Assembly (NCBI GenBank): GCA_035532895.1
Contig: DATKQD010000025.1
Span: 1 to 40,938 of the forward strand
Origin: Chloroflexota bacterium
GTDB taxonomy: Bacteria > Chloroflexota > JAJPGV01
Direction of reading: 5' to 3'
Length of the DNA: 40,938 nt
A program made the translations under genes and the position numbers. The notes beneath the pieces are model-generated. The model saw only the letters and a program-made list of their open reading frames with translations, ran no database searches and was not told the origin of the DNA. This document shows, in pieces, positions 16,384 to 27,374 of this stretch. Position 1 is the first letter of the stretch. The number at the start of each line of letters is the position of its first letter.

Positions 16384-17592
16384 ATGGCAACGACACATAC
16401 AACGACCGCTGAACTATTGGCGGCCAGGCTGACCAGTCACGAGGATTCCGAGGCAGACATGCTGCAGCGCTACCAGGCCGCGGCGAACACCGCGAACGAC
16501 CCCGCGGTGCGCTTCCTGATGCGCCTCATCATCGAGGACGAGGAGCGACACAAGGGCTGGATGGCATCCGTAGCTGAGAGCATCCGGCAGTTGGAGTCCG
16601 GCAAGGATGCCCAAAGTGTGCCGGCATTCGGTGTGGCTCCTGACACCGCTTTGCTGGCGGACACGGCCGAGTTTATTCAGGGTGAGCGGAAAACCCTCGA
16701 CGAGCTGAAGGAACTCCGCCGAATGGCCGATTGGGTTGCTCGCCATGACCGACCCCTGTACCTGGGGCCGGAAGTGGTGCCATCGCCGGCTACCGCCCGA
16801 TGGGCCGAAGACAGCCCGCTTCACATCCTCATCGACGCCATGATTCAAGACACCCAACGGCACGCGCACATCCTGGAGACCATCAACCGCCGTCTGCAGC
16901 GGTCGATGGCTTCCTGGATTTCTGCGCTTCCGCCGAGCCAGGGTAAGGCGCGTCGTTTCGGGCGCCCGCGGGCCATTGGCTTGGGCGCGGCCGCAGTGGC
17001 GCTCGCCGCCGCCATCGTCCTCGGCACGCTGGGGCTTGTCAGGCAGTCCGCTGGGCAAGGCGGCGCGGCGCTGGCCGCAACCAGTCAATCAGTTCAGCAG
17101 GCATCGCTGCCGCCAGCACCGGCGAGCTCCGATGCAGCACCCAAACCCAATCTCCTCGCACCACTGCAGCCCGGGGGCAATCCAGAGTTCGCACCCGTAC
17201 CCGGCGCCGACCTGTCAACCAACGGTCCCGCGGCAAGCACCCATGGTTCGGCCCAGGCCGGGCAACTGGTGTTCGCACAAAACTGTCTCGCTTGCCACGG
17301 AGTCGACGGCAAGGGCGGATTCCCCAACGCCGGGTCGGACGACGGGACGGTCCCACCGTTGAATCCCATAGACCCCGGCTTTGCCGCGGCAGCAAAAGGC
17401 GACCCTGCCGCCTTTGCACGTGAGATCGACCTGTTCATCCAGCACGGGTCACGCCCGTCCGGTCCAAATCCCATGCTGTCTATGGTTCCCTGGGGGGATT
17501 CAAAGAGGCTCACCCAGCAGCAGATCGCGGACGTCGAGGCTTACGTCATGCACCTGAATGGAGTGAGCTGGACGAAGGCAGCATCGGGCTGA
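16384..17592 (+). CDS. Fusion protein: N-terminal ferritin-like/four-helix domain, one TM helix, Pro/Ala-rich linker and a C-terminal class I c-type cytochrome
   Basis: N-terminal helices carry an E..H-type motif (LIIEDEERHKGW; MIQDTQRHAHIL). TM helix AIGLGAAAVALAAAIVLGTLGLV. Haem-binding CLACH at 17284-17298, in the context LVFAQNCLACHGVDGKGG, with a downstream Met (MLSMVPWG). Confidence 0.7.
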   Translation: MATTHTTTAELLAARLTSHEDSEADMLQRYQAAANTANDPAVRFLMRLIIEDEERHKGWMASVAESIRQLESGKDAQSVPAFGVAPDTALLADTAEFIQGERKTLDELKELRRMADWVARHDRPLYLGPEVVPSPATARWAEDSPLHILIDAMIQDTQRHAHILETINRRLQRSMASWISALPPSQGKARRFGRPRAIGLGAAAVALAAAIVLGTLGLVRQSAGQGGAALAATSQSVQQASLPPAPASSDAAPKPNLLAPLQPGGNPEFAPVPGADLSTNGPAASTHGSAQAGQLVFAQNCLACHGVDGKGGFPNAGSDDGTVPPLNPIDPGFAAAAKGDPAAFAREIDLFIQHGSRPSGPNPMLSMVPWGDSKRLTQQQIADVEAYVMHLNGVSWTKAASG

Positions 17593-17605
17593 GCAGGCGA
17601 CCGTT

Positions 17606-17625
17606 CCCAGGCTGACTTGCCTGGG
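17606..17625 (+). terminator. Possible terminator hairpin after the cytochrome fusion gene
   Basis: CCCAGGC-TGACTT-GCCTGGG (7-bp stem) lies 14 nt after the stop at 17592. No U-tract. Confidence 0.3.
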
Positions 17626-17833
17626 CTGGCTCGACTAACCTGAGTTCTGTCGGGCCAGCATCGGGTTCCGCGACGATACGCAGCCACCTGGCTTGAGCGC
17701 CACAAACTCGACGACGAGGCGCCACCGCCCGCGGCGAAACTTGAGTCCGCCGAGTCGTCAAAGAGCCAGCGCCGGAGCACCGTGCGATCGACCTCACGGC
17801 GCACTATGCTCATAAGGGACAGGAGTGAGAAAG

Positions 17834-18346
17834 ATGAGCGGCGAGACTGAGCGCGCGGTGCTTGCGGGTGGCTGCTTCTGGGGCATGCAGGACCTGGTGC
17901 GCAAGCTGCCCGGGGTGCTGTCGACACGTGTCGGCTACAGCGGTGGCGACGTAGCCAACGCCACCTATCACCGGCACGGCACGCACGCCGAAGCGCTGGA
18001 GGTGATCTTCGACCCCTCTCAACTCAACTATCGCCGGTTGTTGGAATTCTTCTTCCAGGTGCACGACCCTACCACGCTGAACCGCCAGGGCAACGATGTG
18101 GGGCTGAGTTACCGCTCGGCCATCTTCTACACGAGTGACGCGCAGAAGAGCGTGGCGGAGGACACCATCGCCGACGTGAACGCCTCGGGCCTCTGGCCCG
18201 GTCAGGTTGTCACTACCGTAGCCCCAGCCGGACCCTTCTGGGAAGCTGAGCCAGAGCACCAGGACTACCTGCAGCGCATCCCCGGAGGCTACACCTGCCA
18301 CTATCCTCGCCCCAACTGGATCGTGCCCAAGCGAGTCAAGGCGTAG
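17834..18346 (+). CDS. msrA: Peptide-methionine (S)-S-oxide reductase
   Basis: [14 protein letters not shown]...VGYSGG and the EV(I)FDP...Y..LL block. ATG17834 has AGGAG 8 nt upstream. Confidence 0.93.
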   Translation: MSGETERAVLAGGCFWGMQDLVRKLPGVLSTRVGYSGGDVANATYHRHGTHAEALEVIFDPSQLNYRRLLEFFFQVHDPTTLNRQGNDVGLSYRSAIFYTSDAQKSVAEDTIADVNASGLWPGQVVTTVAPAGPFWEAEPEHQDYLQRIPGGYTCHYPRPNWIVPKRVKA

Positions 18347-18526
18347 CCGGCCGCGCCGAAACAGCGCACGGACACGCTCGTGCACCCAGGCCTCGCTGTG
18401 GCCAGCCGGGCAACAGTTCGTCCTTCATCACGCGGCGACCCCGCGACACCTGGCTTCCTTACACGCGCTGCGGCTGTGCCATCATCGGGCCTTGGCCGAC
18501 GCGTGTCTGCTCGCGGCCTGGAGCGC

Positions 18527-19660
18527 CTACTTCCAGAGTTCGCGCGAGGCGATGGCGGCGCCTTCTGCGAGGGAGCTCAGCTTGGCCCAGGCGATCTGCT
18601 GATGGGTGCGGCCGCCAAAGCCGCAATCGGCCCCAGCGATCACGTTTTCGCGACCGACCAGCCGAGCAAAGCGCACCAGTCGCTGCGCCACCAATTCCGG
18701 ATGCTCCACCACATCGGTGGAATGCGTGATAACGCCGGGGATGATGATCTTGCCCTCGGGTAGCTTGACTGTCTCCCACACCGCGTACTCGTGCTCGTGG
18801 CGGGCGTTGGCGGCTTCGAAGGAATAGGCCTGCGCCTTCACCCGCAGCATGAGGTCCACCATGAACCGCATCTCGATGTCGTAGACGTGCGGGCCATGCC
18901 AGCTGCCCCAGCAGAAGTGGTAGCGCACGCGCTCTTCGGGCACGTTGGCCAGGGCGTGGTTCAGTGCCTCAATGCGCAGCTCGCAGCGCGCCCGAAACGC
19001 ATCCAGCCCCATGCCGATGCCAATGCGATCCCACAGCGCCGGCAGCCAGGCGTCATCCACCTGGAGGATCAGGCCGGCCGCGGCGATGGTCTCATACTCC
19101 TCCCGCATGGCATCCGCGAAGGCATACAGAAAATCGCTCTCCGAGTGATAGAACTCGTCGGCGTAGTAGGGCTCCAGGCTGGCCGGCGCCGTGCTGGTGA
19201 GAAAGGCCTCGTTCGCACCCTGGAGACCTCGCAGCAGGTCGATCTCCCGCCGCAGCGCCGCCTGCGCTTGATAGCCGATAGGTCCAGTGCACACCCAGCT
19301 CGGCCGCGACGTGCGAATCTGTCCTCCAGGCAGGTAGAAGAGGCTGCCTCGCTCGGTCGCATAGGCGTAGAAGTCGGCGAACTCTTCGCGATCCCGGCCA
19401 CGGGCAATGGTGGCGGCGCTGCCGCCCGGCGGCCGAGCCTCGAAGCCGGAGAGACGGCCATCCACGTAAGACAGCCAGTCGCCGCCCTTGGCGTATTCGC
19501 CCTCATTGATGATGTCGATGCCGGCGGCCCGCTGCCGCTCCACAATTCTGCGCGTGTGGTCGCGCAGTGTGGCTTCGTCGCGGCCAGGCTCCAGGGCCAG
19601 GTCCAGGTAGGGCAAGCTGCCCACGTGCGTCGTTAAGATGCGGCTGCTGCTGCGGTTCAT
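18527..19660 (-). CDS. Cobalamin-independent methionine synthase catalytic-domain-like protein (MetE C-terminal-only / methyltransferase family)
   Basis: N-terminus RILTTHVGSLPY and a later HFCWG..H block are typical of MetE-like Zn methyltransferases. 4-nt start/stop overlap with the upstream gene (19657-19660). Confidence 0.8.
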   Translation of the reverse strand: MNRSSSRILTTHVGSLPYLDLALEPGRDEATLRDHTRRIVERQRAAGIDIINEGEYAKGGDWLSYVDGRLSGFEARPPGGSAATIARGRDREEFADFYAYATERGSLFYLPGGQIRTSRPSWVCTGPIGYQAQAALRREIDLLRGLQGANEAFLTSTAPASLEPYYADEFYHSESDFLYAFADAMREEYETIAAAGLILQVDDAWLPALWDRIGIGMGLDAFRARCELRIEALNHALANVPEERVRYHFCWGSWHGPHVYDIEMRFMVDLMLRVKAQAYSFEAANARHEHEYAVWETVKLPEGKIIIPGVITHSTDVVEHPELVAQRLVRFARLVGRENVIAGADCGFGGRTHQQIAWAKLSSLAEGAAIASRELWK

Positions 19661-20577
19661 GGCCGCGCCGCGGCGGAGAGCGCGCCAGCCGGATCCTCGG
19701 AGCGCATGGTGGCGGCCAGCGCCTCAAGCAGCGCCGGCAGCTCCCGTGTGGGGTGGCCGGCCTCGGTGGCCTCCTGGGCCGCGGGCGTGCGGCTCATAGC
19801 ATCGTACAGTTCCGCGGCGCCTTCGAAAATGCGCGGCGTGAGGCCCACTTCGGCGAACGTGGCGGCGATCTCCTGCATCTCCGCGACCCAGCGGTAGGCC
19901 TTGTGCGGCGTGCCAGGCACGCCGCGGGTCACCCAACGCAACAGGTCGGGCTGGCTGCTCTCAAACTCGATACGCAGCGCGGCCGACAAGCCCAACCGCT
20001 CCGCCGCCACCAGCAGCTCCGCGCCAATGGCGTTCAGACCCTTGGTGAGCGAGGCGTAGCACATCTTCAGTCCGGACGCCTGCCCCACCGGGCCATTCAT
20101 CACGGTGATGTCCAGCCCGAGCTCCCGCAACTCGCCAAACTCCGTCGCGTGCGGGCCCGAAGCGTACAGGGTCGTGGCGCCATGCACGCCCGGCTTGGGT
20201 GGACCGCCAATGATGCCCACGTCCACAAAGCGGCTGCCGCTGGAGGCGATCGTCTCGCCAACGGCTTGCGCCGTTCCCGGGGAAACGGCATTGCAGTCCG
20301 CGTAGAGGAGCGTGCGGCCAGCTGCGCCGGCCGCGGAGGTGATGCGCCGTGCCAGCCCCAGGGCTTCGCCCGGCGGCAGCACTGACAGGAAAATGTCAGC
20401 CTGGCTCACGAGCGCGGCATCATCCAGCACTGCCTCGATGCCCGCGGCGCTGGCGCGCTCCGCGCTCAGCCGGCCACGCCCCGCCAAGCAGGTGATCACG
20501 CGGGCACCGCCCGCGCCCAGCACGCGCCCAATCGCGTGGCCCATATCCCCGGTGCCAAGAATGCCGATGGTGGTCAT
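19657..20577 (-). CDS. NAD(P)-dependent oxidoreductase (6-phosphogluconate/3-hydroxyisobutyrate dehydrogenase-like NAD-binding fold)
   Basis: Rossmann N-terminus MTTIGILGTGDMGHAIGRVLGAGGARV. Internal start ATG20577 chosen, with GAGAGG about 9 nt upstream. The longer track start adds a non-homologous leader. Confidence 0.72.
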   Translation of the reverse strand: MTTIGILGTGDMGHAIGRVLGAGGARVITCLAGRGRLSAERASAAGIEAVLDDAALVSQADIFLSVLPPGEALGLARRITSAAGAAGRTLLYADCNAVSPGTAQAVGETIASSGSRFVDVGIIGGPPKPGVHGATTLYASGPHATEFGELRELGLDITVMNGPVGQASGLKMCYASLTKGLNAIGAELLVAAERLGLSAALRIEFESSQPDLLRWVTRGVPGTPHKAYRWVAEMQEIAATFAEVGLTPRIFEGAAELYDAMSRTPAAQEATEAGHPTRELPALLEALAATMRSEDPAGALSAAARP

Positions 20578-20704
20578 GCGGCGAAACCTCTCTTTGTGCG
20601 CTGGCATGATGCCGGCTCGTGCACGCCCATCGGATGTGCTCGACCAGCTCATCCAGAGCATCGCACACCTGCTCCCACGAGGTGTCTCGTGTCACAATCC
20701 CAGC

Positions 20705-22081
20705 GTGTACGAGGACACCATCGCGGCCATCGCCACCGCTCCGGGCGAGGCGGGCATTGGCGTGGTGCGGCTCAGTGGACCTCTGAGCACGGATATCGGC
20801 CGGCGCATGTTCCGGCCGAGTTCACCTCGGCGCGTGTTTCGCAGCCATCACCTCTACCATGGCGCCGTGGTGGACGGCGAAGCTGTGCTGGACGAGGTGC
20901 TGTTCGCCTGTATGCGCGCGCCGCACAGCTACACCGCGGAGGACGTCGTGGAGTTCCAGGGACACGGCGGCACGCGGCCACTGGAGGGCATCCTGCACCT
21001 GGCCCTCCGCCACGGCGCGCGCCTGGCCGGACCGGGCGAGTTCACCCTGCGCGCCTTCCTGAATGGCCGCCTCGACCTGGCCCAGGCCGAGGCTGTGGCA
21101 GACGTCATCAAGGCCCGGTCCGACGCCAGCTTGCGGCTGGCGGTCAATCAGCTCTCGGGCCGGCTTTCGGCAGCCGTACAGGACGCGCGGGGCCGGGTCC
21201 TCGGCCTGCTCGCGCAGCTCCAGGCGAACATCGACTTCTCGGAGGATGACGTACCCCCACCAGCGTCCGAGCCGCTGCGGCAGGAGATGTGCGCGGCACG
21301 CGCCACTCTCACCCAATTGCTCCGGGCCGCGGACGCGGGCATCCTCTACCGGCAGGGTGCGCGCGTCGCTATCACCGGCCGGCCTAATGCGGGCAAGTCC
21401 AGCCTGCTCAACGCCCTGCTGCGAACAAACCGAGCCATCGTGACGCCGGTCGCGGGTACCACGCGCGACACCATTGAAGAAAGCATCTCGCTCGATGGTT
21501 TGCCGGTGGTGCTGGTGGATACGGCGGGCATCACGAACACAGCCGATGTGGTGGAGGCTATCGGCGTGGCACGCAGCCGCGAAGCCATCGGCACGGCCGA
21601 CCTGGTGCTGCACATCTTCGATGCCGCCCTGGGCTGGCAACCGGAAGATGCGGCGCTGTGGGCCGAAGTGCCCGCCGCCACGCCCAAGCTGCTGGTGGCG
21701 AACAAGAGCGACCTGCCTCCTTTGCCGGCAGCCTGCTCTGCGCCAGCCCCCTCCCAGGAACCACGACCGGTGTTGCGGACTTCGGCCACCACCGGGCAGG
21801 GGCTGGGGGAGTTGGAGGCCGCGATGCGGTGTACGCTGGTGGCATCCGCGGCCACGGCGGTAGACGACATCCTGGTCAACAACCTGCGCCACAAGCAGCT
21901 GCTGGAGGACGCGCTGCGGCACCTGGCCGATGCTGAGCGGGCGTTGAGCAGCTCCCTCCCGGCCGACTTCATCTGCATCGATCTGCGGGCGGCCCTCTCC
22001 GCCCTGGGGGCCATCACCGGGGAGGACGTGACGGAGGGCTTGTTGGATGAGATATTTGGACGGTTCTGTATAGGCAAATGA
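20705..22081 (+). CDS. mnmE: tRNA modification GTPase MnmE
   Basis: N-terminus (V/M)YEDTIAAIATAPGEAGIGVVRLSG. G-domain GRPNAGKSSLLNAL, DTAG and NKSD. C-terminal FCIGK signature. GTG20705 chosen because the homology starts there; track start 20312 is an upstream extension overlapping the divergent gene. Confidence 0.92.
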   Translation: MYEDTIAAIATAPGEAGIGVVRLSGPLSTDIGRRMFRPSSPRRVFRSHHLYHGAVVDGEAVLDEVLFACMRAPHSYTAEDVVEFQGHGGTRPLEGILHLALRHGARLAGPGEFTLRAFLNGRLDLAQAEAVADVIKARSDASLRLAVNQLSGRLSAAVQDARGRVLGLLAQLQANIDFSEDDVPPPASEPLRQEMCAARATLTQLLRAADAGILYRQGARVAITGRPNAGKSSLLNALLRTNRAIVTPVAGTTRDTIEESISLDGLPVVLVDTAGITNTADVVEAIGVARSREAIGTADLVLHIFDAALGWQPEDAALWAEVPAATPKLLVANKSDLPPLPAACSAPAPSQEPRPVLRTSATTGQGLGELEAAMRCTLVASAATAVDDILVNNLRHKQLLEDALRHLADAERALSSSLPADFICIDLRAALSALGAITGEDVTEGLLDEIFGRFCIGK

Positions 22082-22767
22082 GCGAATTCATCATTTACGA
22101 CGGCCGCACGGTGCATCCCGTATCGAACGACGATCTGGACGAGGCGCGCCGCCACGCGTTGGAGTTGGAGGGCACGCTCTACACCAAGACCGCCCGCCCA
22201 CCAACCACCTCTTACGTGTGCGCCGCCTGCGGCAAGAGCGAGCAGTTGCCCTGGTCGCCCTCGGGCTGGCTGACGATTGTGTGCTGGCAGGCGAAAGGCA
22301 CCGGGCGAAAATACGCCGCCTGCCAGGGCGATCATGCGCTGGTTGTGCCGGACATCTCGGCTCATGCGCGCGTGGCGCTCTTCGTCACTGGGGCCGCGCC
22401 CGAGCGCACGCCCATGCCGTATACGAAGTTTCTGGCGCTGGCAGGCGACCGCCCGCTGGAGCTGCAGGCGCAGTCCATTCAGGATGCGCTGATGCAGCTG
22501 GAGGAGAAGCGCGCCGGACAGGACAGCCTATGGATGCAGGTGCTGGAGCGCCGGGAAAAGGACTATCAGTGCGGCCTGAACCACTGCAGCGTCACCGAAA
22601 AGGCGCACGAACCGCCCGCCGGCTGGACCACCATCTTGTGGTGGACCGGGCGCGGCAAAGTGGAGCGCCTGTTCTTCTGCGGGGCCCCACCCATCACCTC
22701 GGGCGATGCCGAGACAACCGGAACCTACGCCGGCAACCTCCTCGAGCTCACCGGAACAGCGAGCTAG
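22078..22767 (+). CDS. Hypothetical protein with two copies of a Cys...P(S/A)GW.TI..W...C motif, translationally coupled to mnmE
   Basis: ATGA overlap with the mnmE stop (22078-22081). Reasonable GC3 by eye. Internal repeat YVCAACGKSEQLPWSPSGWLTIVCWQAKGTGRKYAAC / YQCGLNHCSVTEKAHEPPAGWTTILWWTGRGKVERLFFC. No family recognised. Confidence 0.6.
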   Translation: MSEFIIYDGRTVHPVSNDDLDEARRHALELEGTLYTKTARPPTTSYVCAACGKSEQLPWSPSGWLTIVCWQAKGTGRKYAACQGDHALVVPDISAHARVALFVTGAAPERTPMPYTKFLALAGDRPLELQAQSIQDALMQLEEKRAGQDSLWMQVLERREKDYQCGLNHCSVTEKAHEPPAGWTTILWWTGRGKVERLFFCGAPPITSGDAETTGTYAGNLLELTGTAS

Positions 22768-22898
22768 AAGAAGCTGTGCTTGCCACAAACAACCAGGTGG
22801 CATGCGACCGCCCTCAGCTCACGAAACATACGGCTCAGTAACCCGACCGAAACGGCAAGGCGCTCGCACTCTTCGGCCTAACCGGGCGGACACAGGCT

Positions 22899-23822
22899 TC
22901 AGTTCAAGGTGCTGAGATAGGCCCGCGCGTCGGCGATGTCGCGGTGCATCTGCTGGACAAGCGCCTCGATGGTGGGGAAGCGCTGCTCGGGGCGGAGACG
23001 GTGGAGAAATTCCACCGAAGCCGTTTCGCCGTAAAGGTCGCCTTCAAAGTCCAGGATATAGCTCTCGATGGTCCGACCCGTGGATGCGAAGGTGGGGTTA
23101 ACGCCGACGTTCACGGCAGAGGGTCGGCGCGCGCCGGCTACGTTCGTGTAGGCCACATAGATGCCGTCCGCCGGCAACGCCCGCGGCATGCCGGGCTGCA
23201 CGTTCGCAGTCGGGAAGCCGAGTGACCGGCCGCGCCGCTCGCCGCTCACCACTCGGCCGCTGATGCTCGGGTTACGGCCCAGCAGATCCGACGCGGCTTC
23301 CACGTCGCCCTCCGCCAGGCAGCGGCGGATGCGACTGGCGCTCACGGCCTGGCCCTCCAATTCGAGCGCGGCAGATACGTAGAAGGCAATGCCGTGCGCC
23401 ACGCAGTAGCTGGCCAGAACATCGCGCGTACCTTGCCGATCATGCCCCATGGCGAAATCGTGCCCCACCAGCAGCTCCAGCACCTGCACCCGGGCGCAGA
23501 TACGATCCATGAACTGCGCGGCTGTTTGCCCAGCCACCTCAGGGGTGAAGGGCACGATGCACAGCGCGTCCAATCCCAGGGCGCCGATCAGGGCGACCTT
23601 CTCGTCCAGCGAGGTCAGGTACTCGGTGGGGCGCCCGGTGATGACCTCGCCTGGGTCCGGGTCGAAGGTGATAGCTGCCGAGGCGCCGCCCCGGGCTCGC
23701 GCCTGCTCACCTAACTGCCGAAAGAGGAACGCATGTCCCCGGTGCACGCCGTCAAAGGCGCCGATGGTCAGCACCACCGGCCGGTCGCAGCGCAACTCTG
23801 CCAGCGCGCGGGAAACGTCCAA
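22899..23822 (-). CDS. ribF: Bifunctional riboflavin kinase / FMN adenylyltransferase
   Basis: LTIGAFDGVHRGH, a GFPTAN(V) block and a C-terminal kinase domain (E..I.DF..DLYG). TTG start with GAAGG about 9 nt upstream. Confidence 0.9.
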   Translation of the reverse strand: MDVSRALAELRCDRPVVLTIGAFDGVHRGHAFLFRQLGEQARARGGASAAITFDPDPGEVITGRPTEYLTSLDEKVALIGALGLDALCIVPFTPEVAGQTAAQFMDRICARVQVLELLVGHDFAMGHDRQGTRDVLASYCVAHGIAFYVSAALELEGQAVSASRIRRCLAEGDVEAASDLLGRNPSISGRVVSGERRGRSLGFPTANVQPGMPRALPADGIYVAYTNVAGARRPSAVNVGVNPTFASTGRTIESYILDFEGDLYGETASVEFLHRLRPEQRFPTIEALVQQMHRDIADARAYLSTLN

Positions 23823-23869
23823 CTCAGCGAGCCTTCAAGGCGCGACAGCGCGCGGCAAGCACTGAATGC

Positions 23870-24691
23870 TCACGCGGCAGGGGCGAACACAATGGTAGGC
23901 TGGCCGTCCCGCAGGATGGCAACCGCGCGGCCAGTGGCGTCCGTGGCCAGCACTTCGCCGGCGGGGCTGTCCACAGCCTGGCCATGGGAAACGCGCAGAG
24001 CAACCTCGGCACTCAGTGCCAGGCGCGGCAGGCGGGCCAGAGCGGCTTCCACGGGCACCAGCTCATTTTCCCATGCCGCCAGCGCGTCCAGGCTCAGGGC
24101 GCTCTCCACGCGAAAGCCGCCCACAGCCTCTCGCCGCAGCGCGGTGAGGTGCCCCCCCAGGTCGTTCGCCAGGGAGCGTATGTAGGTACCTTTGCCGCAT
24201 CGCACCCGCAGCACGGCCGTGGGCGGCTCCCAGGTCACCACGTCGATGGCGTCGATGCGCACCTGCCGCGCTGGGACGTCCACCTCCTGTCCGGCGCGTG
24301 CATAGGCGTAGAGAGGGCGCCCTTCACGCTTGAGGGCCGAGAAGAGTGGCGGCCGCTGCATGACCAGCCCGATGAAGGCCCGCACATCCAACTCAATCGG
24401 CACCGGCACCTCGCGTACCAGGCTGCCCTCGGCATCGTAGGTCGTGGTCAGCTGGCCCAGCCGCAGCGTCGCCAGGTAGGTCTTCGGCGCCTCCTGCAAG
24501 TACGGCACGGCGCGGGTCGCGCGCCCCAGGCACACCAGCAGCACGCCTGTTGCCAGCGGATCCAGCGTACCGGCGTGGCCAACACGCCGCACACCCGTGG
24601 CGCGCCGCACCCGGGCCACCACATCGAATGAAGTGACAGCCGCCGGTTTGTCGATATTCAAGACGCCGCAAGGAGTGCTGTCGGCCGTCAC
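23870..24691 (-). CDS. truB: tRNA pseudouridine(55) synthase
   Basis: GVLNIDKPAAVTSFDVV...VGHAGTLDPLATGVLLVCLG. GTG start overlaps the rbfA stop (GTGA). Confidence 0.93.
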   Translation of the reverse strand: MTADSTPCGVLNIDKPAAVTSFDVVARVRRATGVRRVGHAGTLDPLATGVLLVCLGRATRAVPYLQEAPKTYLATLRLGQLTTTYDAEGSLVREVPVPIELDVRAFIGLVMQRPPLFSALKREGRPLYAYARAGQEVDVPARQVRIDAIDVVTWEPPTAVLRVRCGKGTYIRSLANDLGGHLTALRREAVGGFRVESALSLDALAAWENELVPVEAALARLPRLALSAEVALRVSHGQAVDSPAGEVLATDATGRAVAILRDGQPTIVFAPAA

Positions 24692-25047
24692 TCGCCGGAA
24701 CCGGCTCCAGTGGACAGGGTTTTGAGCAGCCGGTTCACCTGATCGGCCTCGGCCATGGAGTGGTCCACGTGCAGCTCCAGCTCGGGAGCGTAGCGCAGCG
24801 TCAGCCGGTTGCCCAGCTCGCGCCGCAGATAGGCCTGGGCCGAGGTGAGCGCCTGCACGGCGGAGCGCTCGTCGTCCTCGCTGCCGTACACACTAAAGTA
24901 CACTCGCGCACGGCGCAGGTCTGGTGTGACCTCCACATTGGTGATGGACACCAGCCCCGCGATGCGCGGATCCTTGAGCTCCAGCTGGACGATCAGCCCC
25001 AGCTCATGCCGAATGAGCGATTGGACTCGCTCGACGCGTCGGGACAA
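24688..25047 (-). CDS. rbfA: Ribosome-binding factor A
   Basis: R..RV...I..EL..I......DPR......IT.VEV..DL..A.VY pattern (RRVERVQSLIRHELGLIVQLELKDPRIAGLVSITNVEVTPDLRRARVYFS). Position between infB and truB. Confidence 0.92.
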   Translation of the reverse strand: MSRRVERVQSLIRHELGLIVQLELKDPRIAGLVSITNVEVTPDLRRARVYFSVYGSEDDERSAVQALTSAQAYLRRELGNRLTLRYAPELELHVDHSMAEADQVNRLLKTLSTGAGSGE

Positions 25048-25053
25048 GGCCGC

Positions 25054-26970
<1,917 letters not shown>

Positions 26971-27084
26971 TGACTTCCTTACTTCACTTCCATTCCATCA
27001 GCATCGTTCGCCGTACCGCGAGCGGCCGGCGGTTCACACAATAGGAGGGCACATCCGCGGCGAGTTGGCCCCCGCGACGCTCGT

Positions 27085-27363
27085 TCAGTAGCGTAGCGCG
27101 TACGGAGTTTGCGCCTCAGCCGCTTCCAGCCGGGCGCGCAGCTCCTTCCGCGCGGCGACAGGCACGTCTGCTCGGAGCACCCGCGCCAGCTGCTTGACGC
27201 CGCGTTCCCAGCAGGCGGGCGTCGAGCACAGATAGGCGCCGCGGCCTGGGAGGGTGGCGCGCAGGTCCACAGCCAGCTCGCCACTCGCTTTTCGAACAAC
27301 GCGCAGCAGCTCGGGCTTGGGGCGCTTGGCGCCACAGCCGGCGCAGGTCCTCTCCGGCAGCAT
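27085..27363 (-). CDS. ylxR: YlxR-family (DUF448) RNA-binding protein
   Basis: MLPERTCAGCGAKRPKPELLRVV...LPGRGAYLC matches the YlxR signature RTC.GC...K.EL.R.V...GRGAY.C. Internal start ATG27363 of track ORF 27085..27612, 12 nt after the nusA stop. Confidence 0.85.
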   Translation of the reverse strand: MLPERTCAGCGAKRPKPELLRVVRKASGELAVDLRATLPGRGAYLCSTPACWERGVKQLARVLRADVPVAARKELRARLEAAEAQTPYALRY

Positions 27364-27374
27364 GGCAGCTCGAT

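Noticed and set aside
20822-22365. Minus-strand ORFs of 366 aa and 339 aa
   Set aside because: They are antisense shadows of mnmE and the coupled downstream ORF. No motifs are recognisable.
26979-27335. 118-aa minus-strand ORF between infB and nusA (a possible L7Ae/YlxQ-like gene)
   Set aside because: It overlaps the YlxR frame, which has the diagnostic RTC.GC...GRGAY.C motif. Its own translation has no L7Ae features.
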